Positions 1 through 10,549 of a stretch of DNA of 64,000 bases are shown in pieces. Position 1 is the first letter of the stretch. Each line of letters begins with the position of its first letter. The DNA is taken from contig OZ253442.1 of assembly GCA_965261085.1 (NCBI GenBank), positions 2,368,001 through 2,432,000 on the forward strand, given 5' to 3'. The translations under genes were made by a program, and so were the position numbers. The DNA is from a bacterium. GTDB taxonomy: Bacteria > UBA8248. The notes under the pieces are model-generated. The model searched no databases, was not told the DNA's origin, and saw nothing but the letters and a program-made list of their open reading frames with translations.

Positions 1-123
1 AGGGGCCGGTTCGGGATGCGGACGGGGTGCTGAGTTAGGAAAATATCGAGAACGCAAGCTCCGGGGGAACGGGTTAGGCTTCCTCCCGGGGAGGGCGGCG
101 CATGCCCGTGAGGGAGCCGCATC

Positions 124-1173
124 TTAGGGAGCGGATATCAAAACCCGCTCGTCTTGAACTTCCAGCTTTGTTCCAAAAGGTTCGTTGAGCGCATTCATCA
201 CGCCCAAAATTCTGCGGCCCTCTCCCCGCTTGGGGGAATGGCGTCTGGGTATGGAGAATACGCCGGCCGTCACGGGCATCAAATAGGGTTCTTTCACTCC
301 CGATTTAGTCAGGGTGCAGCCGAAGAGGAAGGTTTCGTGTGTCTCTTCGGTGAAGAAGGGAATCTTAAAATCGAATATCAGATTGCCCATGCTGTAGACG
401 ATGGGCGCACCCTTGTGGAATTCGATCCCCTGAAGAACGTGCGGGTGGCCTCCTAAAACCAGGTCCGCGCCTGCTTCGATGGTGGCGTGGGCGATTTCGC
501 GCTCAAAATCCATGACCTCATGCGTCATGCTCGTGCCCCAGTGGTGATTCACCACCACGAGGTCTGCTTTTTTCTTCAGATTTCTGACGTCGCGCTTCAT
601 GCGCGCGAGATGAGCGGGTTCCGCCCATGTGTCGATTCTAGGCGCGGTGCCGGGGTATTCGGAAAGGTCGCGCCAGGGGCGATAGGCCGTGTGGGCGCGA
701 ATAGGGTTCACGCCCGGCTCGGCGGTCGATGCCTCGAACCCTCTCGGGATGATGGAGCAATACGCCAAAAAGCCGATTTTAAGGCCTCCGCGCTCGATGA
801 GAACAGGCCTTCTCGCTTGCGTGAGGTTCATGCCGCCGCCTACGAGCGAAACCCCGAGGGAATCCATGAGGGACATGGTTTCCGCAAAGGCTTCTTCTCC
901 ATAATCGAGCACATGGTTGTTCGCAAAGGCCATGACGTCGAAGCCCGCCTCGGTGAGGGCGTGGGCCATATCCGGCGCGCCGCGCAGCAGAATTTTCTCG
1001 GGCGCAGGCTTTCCGTCGTGAGACAGTGGCAGTTCCAGATTGGCGAAGGAAACGTCCGCTTCCTGGAAGAGGGGAATCAGCCCGCCGAAAGCTCCTTTCG
1101 CCTCCGCGCGGTTGATGGCGATGTCCCCTCCGGCCAGAAGCCTGGGGCTATTTTTAGCGCGGCGGGAGGGCAT
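124..1173 (-). CDS. CapA/PgsA-family metallophosphoesterase (poly-gamma-glutamate synthesis protein family)
   Basis: Motifs GGD, NLE, ANNHVLDYG, HHWG, GGHPH, YSMGN; ATG at 1173 preferred over TTG at 1197, which overlaps the upstream gene. Confidence 0.85.
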   Translation of the reverse strand: MPSRRAKNSPRLLAGGDIAINRAEAKGAFGGLIPLFQEADVSFANLELPLSHDGKPAPEKILLRGAPDMAHALTEAGFDVMAFANNHVLDYGEEAFAETMSLMDSLGVSLVGGGMNLTQARRPVLIERGGLKIGFLAYCSIIPRGFEASTAEPGVNPIRAHTAYRPWRDLSEYPGTAPRIDTWAEPAHLARMKRDVRNLKKKADLVVVNHHWGTSMTHEVMDFEREIAHATIEAGADLVLGGHPHVLQGIEFHKGAPIVYSMGNLIFDFKIPFFTEETHETFLFGCTLTKSGVKEPYLMPVTAGVFSIPRRHSPKRGEGRRILGVMNALNEPFGTKLEVQDERVLISAP

Positions 1174-1181
1174 GGGGGTGT

Positions 1182-2279
1182 CTATTCGGTGAGGCAAAGG
1201 CCGTGGTGGGGAGTGAAGGAGAGATACACCTTCTGGCCGGGGTCGAGTTCCTCGAAGTGGTCGATTTGCACGCCCACCTCGTGCGGGCCGACTTGGACCT
1301 GGCAGTCGAGGAAGTTGCCCAGATATACAGTGTCGATCACCTCGCCTTCCATGAGGTTCATCGCGTCGGTCGGCTTTTCGAGGTGAAGCAGGATGTCCTC
1401 GGGGCGGATGCTCAGGATGATTTTGCTCCCAACGGGCGCGTTTTCCGTGCCGGTGGCCTGGAGGCGGATGGGGGCCTTCTCTTCACCGAGGGTAATTTCC
1501 ACATCCGTCAGGCTTCCGTCGTGGCCGAGCAGCTTGCCTTCCAGGAGGTTGGCCACGCCGATGAAGTTCGCCACGAATGCGTTTACGGGTTCGGCGTAGA
1601 TGGATTCCGGATCGCCGATTTGCTGGATCACGCCCTTGTCCATCACCACGACCCTGTCGCTCATGACGAGCGCCTCGGTCTGGTCGTGCGTGACGTAAAT
1701 CGAGGTGATTCCCACCTCGTGCTGCAAGCGGGTGAGTTCGATGCGCATCTGCTCGCGCAGTTTGGCGTCGAGATTGCTCAGGGGTTCGTCGAACAGCACC
1801 ACCTTGGGGTTGTATACGATGGCGCGGGCGAGGGCGACGCGCTGGCGCTGTCCGCCGGAGAGTTTGGTGGCGTAACGCTCGGCTAGATGGCCCAGGCCCA
1901 CGAGTTCGAGCGCTTTCGTCGTCTTCTCCTTGATGGCGGCCCTGGTTTCGCGCCGGATCCTTAGGCCGTAGGCCACGTTGTCGAAGACCGTCATGTGCGG
2001 CCAGACGGCGTAGCTCTGGAACACCATGCCCAAGTTTCTTTCTTCCGGCGACAGAAAAACGTCGTTTGTTGCGGAGGTGACGTATTCTCCCTCGATTTGG
2101 ATATCACCGCTGTCGGGATGCTCGAGGCCGGCGATGCACCTGAGGGTCGTGGTTTTTCCGCAGCCCGAAGGCCCCAGCAGGGTGACGAACTCGCCTTGCT
2201 CGACGGACAAATCAATGCCCGCCACGGCGACTTCGGGTCCAAACGATTTCACCAGCTTCGTTATTTCGACGAATGACAC
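1182..2279 (-). CDS. ABC transporter ATP-binding protein (PotA/FbpC-like, C-terminal TOBE)
   Basis: Walker A GPSGCGKT, LSGGQ signature, Walker B LFDEP, VTHDQ. Confidence 0.95.
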   Translation of the reverse strand: MSFVEITKLVKSFGPEVAVAGIDLSVEQGEFVTLLGPSGCGKTTTLRCIAGLEHPDSGDIQIEGEYVTSATNDVFLSPEERNLGMVFQSYAVWPHMTVFDNVAYGLRIRRETRAAIKEKTTKALELVGLGHLAERYATKLSGGQRQRVALARAIVYNPKVVLFDEPLSNLDAKLREQMRIELTRLQHEVGITSIYVTHDQTEALVMSDRVVVMDKGVIQQIGDPESIYAEPVNAFVANFIGVANLLEGKLLGHDGSLTDVEITLGEEKAPIRLQATGTENAPVGSKIILSIRPEDILLHLEKPTDAMNLMEGEVIDTVYLGNFLDCQVQVGPHEVGVQIDHFEELDPGQKVYLSFTPHHGLCLTE

Positions 2280-2292
2280 TTGAGGCTATCCT

Positions 2293-3390
2293 CTAGGGTT
2301 TAACGGCCAGCGTATGATCGGGGTCGAGGCGCATGTACACCTTCTCGCCCACGCGCAGGCGTTCTCTTGAGTGCGCCAGCACCTTCCACTCGAATTCTCC
2401 CCACTGCACCCGGCAATCGAGGCAGTTGCCCAAAAAGACGGATTGAATCACCTCACCCTCGATTCTGGGCCCGTCCATCGGCTCGCGCGATGCGTCCACG
2501 TTCTCGGGACGAACGGAGAGAAAGGCGGCGTCACCCTCCGAGAGGCCGTCGGCGAGCAGGCAGGGCAGTTGGACGCTCTCACCGCCCTGGGATATCTCGA
2601 TGGTGCCCGTTCCCTCGCCGCCGTTTCCGACGATACGGCCCTCGGTCAGGTTCGCCACGCCGATGAAATCGCTCACGAACTTGTTGACGGGCCGCGCGTA
2701 GATGGAATGGGGGCCGCCTGTTTGTTCGATGTTTCCCTTGCTCATCACGATAATCTCATCGCTCATCACGAGGGCTTCCGCCTGGTCGTGCGTCACGTAG
2801 ATCGAGGTGATGCCGATTTCGTGCTGAATCCGCTTGAGTTCGACGCGCATCTGCTCCCTGAGCTTCAGGTCCAGATTGCTCAGCGGCTCATCGAAGAGCA
2901 AGAGGCGCGGCTCGAAGACCATGGCGCGCGCGAGGGCCGCTCTTTGCTGCTGACCGCCCGAGAGCTGCGTGGCATTTTTGTCCGCCATGTCGGTGAGGCC
3001 GACGATTTTCAGCGCCTGGGCGACGCGGTCGTCGATTTCCGACTGCGCCATGTTGCGTATCTCGAGAGGGTAAGCCACGTTCTGGGTCACGTCCATGTGC
3101 GGCCAGATGGCGTAGCTCTGGAACACCATGCCGATGTTGCGCTTCTCGGGAGGGGTGTTGATACGGTTTTCTATCGAGGTGACCGGGTCCGAACCGATGC
3201 GAATCTCGCCCGCGTCCGGCTTGAGGAGGCCGGCGATGCACATGAGCGTCGTGGTTTTTCCGCAGCCCGAGGGGCCGAGCAGGGTGAGGAATTTCCCCTC
3301 CGGAATGCCGAAGGAAATACCGTCCACGGCGCGGTCGTCGCCGAAGTATTTTATGAGGGTGCCGACTTGGAGATAGTTGTTTTCGGTCAT
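2293..3390 (-). CDS. ABC transporter ATP-binding protein, second paralog
   Basis: GPSGCGKT, LSGGQ, LFDEP; clearly similar to 1182..2279. Confidence 0.95.
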   Translation of the reverse strand: MTENNYLQVGTLIKYFGDDRAVDGISFGIPEGKFLTLLGPSGCGKTTTLMCIAGLLKPDAGEIRIGSDPVTSIENRINTPPEKRNIGMVFQSYAIWPHMDVTQNVAYPLEIRNMAQSEIDDRVAQALKIVGLTDMADKNATQLSGGQQQRAALARAMVFEPRLLLFDEPLSNLDLKLREQMRVELKRIQHEIGITSIYVTHDQAEALVMSDEIIVMSKGNIEQTGGPHSIYARPVNKFVSDFIGVANLTEGRIVGNGGEGTGTIEISQGGESVQLPCLLADGLSEGDAAFLSVRPENVDASREPMDGPRIEGEVIQSVFLGNCLDCRVQWGEFEWKVLAHSRERLRVGEKVYMRLDPDHTLAVKP

Positions 3391-3394
3391 TGTC

Positions 3395-5143
3395 TTATGC
3401 GGTAAGCGCCTCTTTGCCGGCTACTTTTCGGAAAATGACGACGCAAATCAAAAGCGCAACCGTCTGCGCGATGGAAAGGGCCGCCGTCATGGGTTCGTTT
3501 TCGAAATTGGACAGATAATACACGCCGACGGATAGCGTCTCCGTGCCGACGGAATACAGTATGATGGAAATAGAGAGTTCTCTCAAGAATATGACGAACA
3601 GGAGAATCCACCCGGCGAAAATGCCCGGCTTGAGAAGCGGAATCGTGATTCTCCACAGCGTCGTGAGCCACGAAGCCCCCGCCATGCGCGAACTCTGGTC
3701 GAGTTCTTCCGATACGGCCATCATGATGGAGGAGATGTTCCTCTGCCCGTAGGGGAAAAAGCGCGTGATGTAGCCGAGCAGCAGAATCCAGAGCGTGGCG
3801 TAGATGGGCGTCCTGATGTAGGTGACGAGAACGCCCATGGCCAGCACGATGCCGGGGAACCCGATGGGGATGACGCTCAGGAATTCGAGCATTTTCGAAC
3901 CGAAGCCCTTGGTGCGGTGGATCATGTAGCTCACGATGATGGCCAGCACCATGGCGATCGTAGCGCCGCCGAACGCGAGTATGAAGCTGTTGATGATGCC
4001 GTTGGTGGCCGCCTGGATGCTCTCGGGCCACCAGAAGAAGAGCACCTTCTGGTAGTTCCAAAAGGTGAGTTCCGACCAGATGACGCTCCCCGACCAGATT
4101 TTGTGAAGACTCACGAAGAAAAGACAGACGATGGGAAGAATAACGGCGACGAACACGTAGAATACGTTGTAGCCGAAGGCGAGCCACTTCCAATTGCCCA
4201 GGTCGATGAGATTCGGCCGGAAGCCCTTGCCGGTCACCGTCGTATAGGCCCGAGGCGCGATGATTTTGTGCTGAATCCATATGAAGAACCCCGTCACCAC
4301 GCCCACCACCATGCTCATGGCGGCGCCCAGGTAGTGGTTCGCGTCATCACCCACCGCTTTTGTGAAAATCTGCGTGGTCAGCGTCTCCCAGCCGAATGGA
4401 GCGGAGAGCTTGAAGGGTACGCCGAACTCCCCGGCCGTCGTCACGAACACGATGATGGCGCCCGAGAGAATCGCGGGGGTCACGAGGGGCAGGGTGATTG
4501 TCATGGTGGTTCGGAGCAAGCCCGCTCCCGTCGTCCGCGCGCTGTCCTCGAGCGAGGGGTCCATGCGCCTGAGCGAACCCACCACGAACAGGTAGACGAG
4601 AGGGGCGAAGAAAATTCCCGTCACCCAGATGACGCCCCACAGATTATTCACGTTGAACAGCGAGAAGGAAATGCCGAAAAAGCTTTTCGCCATGTTGTTC
4701 AACATGCCGACTTTCGGGGAGGCCAGGTTGTGCCAGGCGATGGCGCCGACGAAAGGACTCAGGAAGAAGGGGACGAGGTTGAAGGGCTCGAGTTGTTCCC
4801 TGAACGGGCAGTTGGTTCTCGCGTTGACCCACGCGAGCGATACGCCCAGCAGCGTGGCCAGGATGGTGCAGCCCGTGCTGATGATGGCGGTATTGACGAG
4901 GGCTTTTCTGATGACGCGGCCCTGGAATACCTCCCTGTAGTTCTGGAGTCCCCATTCAGTGTCGAAGCCCAAGTCATCGAGCACCAAAAAACTGTTGATG
5001 ACGAGCGCGATTAGCGGCAGGAAGACCGCCACCGCCACGATGAGGCCGACGACGGTCGTAATGATGTTCTCCTGCGTGAACCATGTGCGCCAGCCGCTCG
5101 GGGGAGCGACGTCGAATTGGGGTCTCGCGGTGTCTGTGGCCAT
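3395..5143 (-). CDS. Fe3+/thiamine-type ABC transporter permease (FbpB-like, two fused BPD_transp domains)
   Basis: 582 aa, many hydrophobic segments, two EAA-type loops (LEDSARTTGA, LDQSSRMAGA). Confidence 0.9.
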   Translation of the reverse strand: MATDTARPQFDVAPPSGWRTWFTQENIITTVVGLIVAVAVFLPLIALVINSFLVLDDLGFDTEWGLQNYREVFQGRVIRKALVNTAIISTGCTILATLLGVSLAWVNARTNCPFREQLEPFNLVPFFLSPFVGAIAWHNLASPKVGMLNNMAKSFFGISFSLFNVNNLWGVIWVTGIFFAPLVYLFVVGSLRRMDPSLEDSARTTGAGLLRTTMTITLPLVTPAILSGAIIVFVTTAGEFGVPFKLSAPFGWETLTTQIFTKAVGDDANHYLGAAMSMVVGVVTGFFIWIQHKIIAPRAYTTVTGKGFRPNLIDLGNWKWLAFGYNVFYVFVAVILPIVCLFFVSLHKIWSGSVIWSELTFWNYQKVLFFWWPESIQAATNGIINSFILAFGGATIAMVLAIIVSYMIHRTKGFGSKMLEFLSVIPIGFPGIVLAMGVLVTYIRTPIYATLWILLLGYITRFFPYGQRNISSIMMAVSEELDQSSRMAGASWLTTLWRITIPLLKPGIFAGWILLFVIFLRELSISIILYSVGTETLSVGVYYLSNFENEPMTAALSIAQTVALLICVVIFRKVAGKEALTA

Positions 5144-5353
5144 AGCCTTATCGGATGAATTCTTTCCGGCGAATCATGCGCCGCCTTCAAAAGTTTCTCC
5201 CCACGATCCAGTGCGCCGGTTCGCGGGGGGAGTCAGTTTATAGAATTTCCTTATGACGCACTATATCGCGAAGGCTCTGCCCGTCTTGCGCCTGAGCGGC
5301 GTCTTCGGCTGAACCCTCGCGGCATGGCGCGGCCGCTCATTTCCCGCTTCATG

Positions 5354-5405
5354 ATAAAAACCGGAAGGCTGGGAGCCCCTATTGAGAGGCTCCCAGCCGT
5401 TCCGG
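5354..5405 (-). terminator. Probable intrinsic terminator/attenuator after the substrate-binding gene
   Basis: GGCTGGGAGCC...GGCTCCCAGCC inverted repeat followed by a T-run on the minus strand. Confidence 0.65.
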
Positions 5406-5424
5406 GCAACAAACGATAATCGTC

Positions 5425-6531
5425 CTACTTGTAGCGCTTGATGAATTCGGCGCGCGTCGCCTTGAACTTCTTCTGCGCGGCTACCCAGTCCTTCAGGCCC
5501 AGCAGCTTATGCTTGCTGAGGTCGAGGAGGTAGGGCTGCACAACCTTGGGCGGCTTGTAGCCCCCGCGGAAGCTGTAGACGGCCTCGCCTTCCACGTATA
5601 CGTCGGTGCCTTCTTTGGTGAGGAGGAATTCAACCAGCAGTTTGCCGGCGTTGGGGTTGGGCGCGCCATTTAAGACGGCCGCCTGGTTGCCAAGCATGAC
5701 CTGGCCTTCTTTGTAGTAGCCGATTTTGAGGACTTTAGCGAGGTCAGGTTTCTTGAGGACGTTCTGATACACACGGCCTGAGAGGTTCCAGGGGTCGAGG
5801 CCGCGCTCGCAGTTGATGAGCACCTGCATCTTCGGCTCGGTGCGGAACATGACGACGGGCTTCGTGGCTTTGAGGGCGTCCCAGTACTTGTTCATGTCCA
5901 TGCCGCTCTCGATGAGCGAGATGACGGTGTTGGTGTAGGTGAAGCTCTTCGTGATGTCGCCGGCGATGGTCTGGCCCATTAGGTTTTTAGTGATAGTGTC
6001 GGGATAAGAAGTGACGTTCAGGTCCTTCATGCCCGGGCAGGAGGTGTTCCACACCGGCTGGAAGGTATAGGCCAGAGGCGTCACGACGTAGGGGTAGTTC
6101 GCGTACTGACCGGCTTTCTTGATCACCGCCGCGAAATGTTTGTTCCACTCGGCGCTGTCGAGCTTGTGGTACGCGCCGCGTTTTTGGGCAGCGGCGAAGA
6201 AGCCGGGCGCGCTCACCACGTGGACGTCGACGGAGAACTTGTTGGCCCGCATCTCCTGACGCACCTGGGAGACGGTGGCGCCGGTGCCCTTGCGCAGGTT
6301 GCGGAATTTGAAGCCGCTCCCGAGGCCATAGTGCTTGGCGAACGCCGGGCCCATGCGCTTGGCCGTGCGATCGCCGAAAAGAGGGTTGATGATCGTGACG
6401 GCGCCCTCTTTTTTCGCCGCGCGCACGAGCTCTTTCTGGTTTTTCATCATCGCTTCGGATACGAGCGCGCCCGAGGCGAAGACAGCCAGTGCCGCCACCG
6501 CGGCAATTAAGAAACGGATACGGGGTTTCAT
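5425..6531 (-). CDS. ABC transporter periplasmic substrate-binding protein (FbpA/AfuA-like)
   Basis: Signal peptide, AAKKEGAVT and APNPNAGKLLVEFLL motifs, operon context; ATG 6531 has a GAGGAG SD. Confidence 0.85.
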   Translation of the reverse strand: MKPRIRFLIAAVAALAVFASGALVSEAMMKNQKELVRAAKKEGAVTIINPLFGDRTAKRMGPAFAKHYGLGSGFKFRNLRKGTGATVSQVRQEMRANKFSVDVHVVSAPGFFAAAQKRGAYHKLDSAEWNKHFAAVIKKAGQYANYPYVVTPLAYTFQPVWNTSCPGMKDLNVTSYPDTITKNLMGQTIAGDITKSFTYTNTVISLIESGMDMNKYWDALKATKPVVMFRTEPKMQVLINCERGLDPWNLSGRVYQNVLKKPDLAKVLKIGYYKEGQVMLGNQAAVLNGAPNPNAGKLLVEFLLTKEGTDVYVEGEAVYSFRGGYKPPKVVQPYLLDLSKHKLLGLKDWVAAQKKFKATRAEFIKRYK

Positions 6532-6902
6532 CGAGAATCTCCTCAATGCTGGAATAGAGTGGGGGACTACCCCCGGTTATATGTGTCCTATCTAATCACG
6601 TATGTGGCAACACCACTCGCGCAGACGAAGAAAACGATGCTCTTATTACTTGTTTTCTTTGCTGTCTGCAGAGTATTGTAGTAGTGAAAATAACAGATTT
6701 TTCATATCTGTCAATGCCGTAATTTCCGGCTGGTGAAAATCCAGGTCCGATGATTTTTCGCTTATTACTTCCGGGAAAGATGTTGAATAAATAAACATCT
6801 TTCTTTGAAATGAGCGAGCGAATGAAAACTCCGGCGATTCATCGAGCCGGCGCCATGGCGCGGATTTTCTCCAGCGGTTGAAATCGAAAGCGAGGGTTTT
6901 TC

Positions 6903-7733
6903 TTGAACGTGAAATCGACCGGTTCGCCTCTCATCCAGACTCACCGGCTGGAAGCCCCCCAGGGTTCGTTCATGGAACACGTTGAGGTGATCCTCATCGG
7001 GGATGGTCCCTACATCCTCTTCGACGCGGGCTACCGCGAGTGCATTCCCGATATGCTCTCCTGGGTGGAGGCGCGCGCCGGGGCCGTGCTGGAAAAACTC
7101 GTCTTGACCCACCACCATTTCGACCACTCCGGCGGCGCGAAGGCGGCGTGTGAGCGATTCGGCGTTTCGGCCTGCGCCCACCCCCTGGAGATGGGCTTCC
7201 TCGAGGAGGAAGAGCCGGATCTGCCGGTTTCTCCGATTAGAGAGGGGGAATTCGTCGAGTTGGGAGAAATGCGCTTCGAGGCCATCCTGACGCCGGGCCA
7301 TTCTCCCGGGCACCTTTCTTTCTGGTGGGAAGAGGAGAAGATTCTCCTGGGAGGCGACAACGTTCTTCTCCCTTCGACCACGGCGGTGGTCGCGCCCAAG
7401 GGGAATCTCGGCGATTATCTCGAATCGCTGGAGAAGGTGAAGAGCCTCGCGCCTCGTCTCATCTATCCGGGCCACGGTCCGGTGATCGAGGATCCGATCG
7501 GCAGAATCGACGAACTTATAGAACACCGCAAGATGCGCGATGCGCAGTATCTCGAGGCGCTGGGCGCAGGGCACGATACGCCAGCCAAGATAGCGGACCT
7601 CATATATCAGGATTTGCCCGAGCGCCAGAGAAACCTGGGCGCCCGCGTGATAGCGCTGCACCTGGAGAGGTTCGTGGAATCCGGAGAAGTCGCGTGCGCC
7701 GATGGGCGCTATTCATTGACGGGAGCGCTTTAG
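6903..7733 (+). CDS. MBL-fold metallo-hydrolase (LACTB2-like, C-terminal winged helix)
   Basis: THHHFDH, TPGHSPGH, GGD, YPGHG motifs. Confidence 0.88.
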   Translation: MNVKSTGSPLIQTHRLEAPQGSFMEHVEVILIGDGPYILFDAGYRECIPDMLSWVEARAGAVLEKLVLTHHHFDHSGGAKAACERFGVSACAHPLEMGFLEEEEPDLPVSPIREGEFVELGEMRFEAILTPGHSPGHLSFWWEEEKILLGGDNVLLPSTTAVVAPKGNLGDYLESLEKVKSLAPRLIYPGHGPVIEDPIGRIDELIEHRKMRDAQYLEALGAGHDTPAKIADLIYQDLPERQRNLGARVIALHLERFVESGEVACADGRYSLTGAL

Positions 7734-7746
7734 GGAGGCGAGGTTT

Positions 7747-8556
7747 TTGCTCACGAACTGCCACACGCTGGTTTTGCGGGAACTGTTGGAGCGTCACCCC
7801 GAGATGCCCCACCCCGGGGATGACGCCTACGTCTATAACGTGGCGCCCGATTCCTTGCCCCTCTCTGGGGAATTCAAGCCGAAGGAAACCCACCGGTTCG
7901 CTCCGCCTTCGGGGGTGATGGGCCGATTCCCGAAACTCTTGTGGGTGAAATGCCATCTGGTGGTCGACAACATCTGCCACTACGGGAGCATCGCCAAGGT
8001 GGGGAGCGGGCTGTCTCCCTCCCAAAAGCGGGGCTACACCTACCTCAAGGGGGTCGAACTCATTCCCCTGATGCGGGAATTCACGCAAGAAATGGGCGTA
8101 CCCACCGATGATGCGAGCCTCCATTATCTCGCGCACGTGCTGGTCGAAATCGCGGTGGATTACGCCATATATCTCGACGACAGAACGGTGGGGGAGCAAC
8201 TCCGAGACGCCCAGTCCGCCATGAGCGACGCCCAAAAACGCGAATATGCCGAGGGTCTGGGGGCCTTGTATGGTTGCGAGCCGGAGAAAGTCGCGCGCGC
8301 GCGCGGTGCGCCCCGGAAGTTTTATGGCGATATGCACGACGTCGACCACCTCTTTCTGGGCGGACGAACGAAAATCGTTTTGAGAAAGCTCAGGCTGCCC
8401 TTCAGCGAGGAGAACACGGAGAGGACGTGCCGCCTTATAGAAGATGGAGCGCGGCTGACGGGCGATTATATGGATTTCATCGACGATTCCGTGGATGCGC
8501 TTTCCGACTGGGAGGCATGGGCAGGAGAGGTCGCCATAGATGGCGCAATATCCTGA
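7747..8556 (+). CDS. Hypothetical protein, zinc-dependent phospholipase C/P1 nuclease-like metal ligands
   Basis: N-terminal His, HLVVDNICH and HVLVEIAVD patterns; AGGGAGG SD. Confidence 0.5.
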   Translation: MLTNCHTLVLRELLERHPEMPHPGDDAYVYNVAPDSLPLSGEFKPKETHRFAPPSGVMGRFPKLLWVKCHLVVDNICHYGSIAKVGSGLSPSQKRGYTYLKGVELIPLMREFTQEMGVPTDDASLHYLAHVLVEIAVDYAIYLDDRTVGEQLRDAQSAMSDAQKREYAEGLGALYGCEPEKVARARGAPRKFYGDMHDVDHLFLGGRTKIVLRKLRLPFSEENTERTCRLIEDGARLTGDYMDFIDDSVDALSDWEAWAGEVAIDGAIS

Positions 8557-8809
8557 TTCCGGTCTCTCGCCCCGAAATGAATCGGATCATCAAAAATATC
8601 GTTTCCACTGAAACCCGAAAGCTCGCGTTTCCATCTTTTCACGCCAACTGATACTTAAAAGACTATTTTCACGTCGACGTCTGAACGAACAAACTCCCAG
8701 ACTCCGACTTGCTCCATGTCCGAGTCGTTTCAGCGCAAACGAAGCGCGCAGTCTTTGGGAGTCTTTTTTCAGACGAGCCGGACTTTTCCGGCCGTCCATA
8801 TTGCAAGTT

Positions 8810-9082
8810 CTAGTTTACGGAGGCTTTCAGGCCCGCGCCCGCCTTGAACTTCGGCACGGTGGCCGCGGCCACCTGGATCTCCTCGCCCGTTCTCGGGTTG
8901 CGCGCCTTGCGGGCCGCCCGCTTGGAAGTGCTGAACGTGCCGAAACCCGTGAGCGTCACCTTGTCCCCGCTCTTGAGAGCCGAAGTTACGGCGCCTACGA
9001 ATGCGTCGACTACGCCCTGGGCGCTCGACTTGCTCAGGTTCGCCTGCGCGGCGATGAAATCTGCGAGTTCGCCTTTGTTCAT
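8810..9082 (-). CDS. hup: HU family DNA-binding protein
   Basis: MNKGEL, GFGTF, RNPRTGEEI, PKFKAG; 90 aa. Confidence 0.96.
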   Translation of the reverse strand: MNKGELADFIAAQANLSKSSAQGVVDAFVGAVTSALKSGDKVTLTGFGTFSTSKRAARKARNPRTGEEIQVAAATVPKFKAGAGLKASVN

Positions 9083-9307
9083 TTTCTTGTTCTCCTTTTT
9101 TCCTTGAGCGGTGCTCGGGCGGCGAGTGCGCGCTCATGCCTTTTCTGCTTGCTGAAACGACATTCAACAACAGAAATCTAAAAATATGGTTAGGCGGAAA
9201 TAAAATACAGGGGCGGGTGAGCACGTCACTTAAGGTAAATTATAGCTTTCGATGAAGTTCCACGCAAGTGCAAAACGCTTGTTTCCTCAGGGGTAGCGGC
9301 AGTAGAG

Positions 9308-10549
9308 TCACCGAACGGGGAATTCCCACATCGCATCGTTTTCGACCATCTGATCATAGGAGAAAAGGGCGACGCCATCGGCGCCCGCCTCCCGGGCGGA
9401 GCGCCATTCGCGCCACACGCCCGCAGGGTGTTTGGTGAACAAATAGACTCCCAGGCCGATGACGACCTTGGGTGCGCGCGGATTCGGGGTTTTCACCTTC
9501 CTGGCGGCGAGCGCGCTTCGGTTGATTTGAGCGGCCAGATGCTCATCCCTAGTATAGTTCATCACTACGGCCTTATCGAGAAACCCTTTTTCGAGCCAGC
9601 CGCGCCAGTCCTGAAAGGCGGAGAGGTAGGCCCGTTCCGCCCAAGGGAGAACGGCAGTAGAAACAATAATTTGTTTTCTTAAACCTTTAGTTGTTTCATA
9701 AACGCCGCGAACCGCCGCCGTGACTTGCGCGCGCCTCCACACATCCCACGCCGCCGCGTCCGCACGCTTGACGCTTAAGCCTGCGCGCGGCGCGGTATTC
9801 TGAGTCTTGCGCTCGAAACGGGCGACGGAAGCCTCGTTGTAGCCGAAATCAAGACGCGGAGAGAAGCGAGAACCCGGCGATATGGGAAGCGCGTAGGGAT
9901 AGCGGATGAAATCGAGATGTACGCCCGCGAGGCGCGGATAATTGCGCACCAACGCCGCCGCGATGTCGATAATGCGCCCCCGCACGCCCGGATGGCCCGG
10001 GTCGAGAAAAATGCCGGGTGTCCCCAGGCCGAACCCTTTCGCCCACGCGGGTTTTCCCGAGAGAGGATATTCGAGCAGGGAGCGCCCGTATTGATCCTTT
10101 AGCACGGCTTCTTTCCCAAGCTCGCGGATGATGGGCGCTTTTTTGTTTCTCGCCAGTGCGAATGCGTTTATCCACGCATGGACCTTGATGGCGCGGCCGC
10201 CTTCTTTCGGAGAAGCCAGGGCGAGCAGGAGCGCCAGTGGATCTTGCCCGGCTCGTTTTGCAGGAGAATCATCGGCCAGCTTCGTGGGGAACCACGCGCG
10301 GCCAGAGCGATAGACTTGCGCGTAGATGTCCGTGACGCCCGCAGCGCGCGCGCGCTTCACCAGAGCCTTGATTTTCCCGGCGCTGTCCAGGGTTCTATTC
10401 GCGCCTTCCGCTTGGACCCAAAGGCCGATTTCGAAGGATTTGGGCGCGAAGAGGCGCACGAGAAAATTCTGGTGAAACGAAGAGCACCCCGAAACCTGGA
10501 ACGCGATGAGCAAAAGACAGGGCGCGCCTATAAGTAGGAGCCGCTTCAT
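9308..10549 (-). CDS. GH10-like (YddW/GHL10 family) glycoside hydrolase, probable lipoprotein
   Basis: VHAWIN, FLDPGHP, GVHLDFIRYP, QDWRGW; signal peptide with SGC lipobox-like sequence. Confidence 0.8.
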   Translation of the reverse strand: MKRLLLIGAPCLLLIAFQVSGCSSFHQNFLVRLFAPKSFEIGLWVQAEGANRTLDSAGKIKALVKRARAAGVTDIYAQVYRSGRAWFPTKLADDSPAKRAGQDPLALLLALASPKEGGRAIKVHAWINAFALARNKKAPIIRELGKEAVLKDQYGRSLLEYPLSGKPAWAKGFGLGTPGIFLDPGHPGVRGRIIDIAAALVRNYPRLAGVHLDFIRYPYALPISPGSRFSPRLDFGYNEASVARFERKTQNTAPRAGLSVKRADAAAWDVWRRAQVTAAVRGVYETTKGLRKQIIVSTAVLPWAERAYLSAFQDWRGWLEKGFLDKAVVMNYTRDEHLAAQINRSALAARKVKTPNPRAPKVVIGLGVYLFTKHPAGVWREWRSAREAGADGVALFSYDQMVENDAMWEFPVR

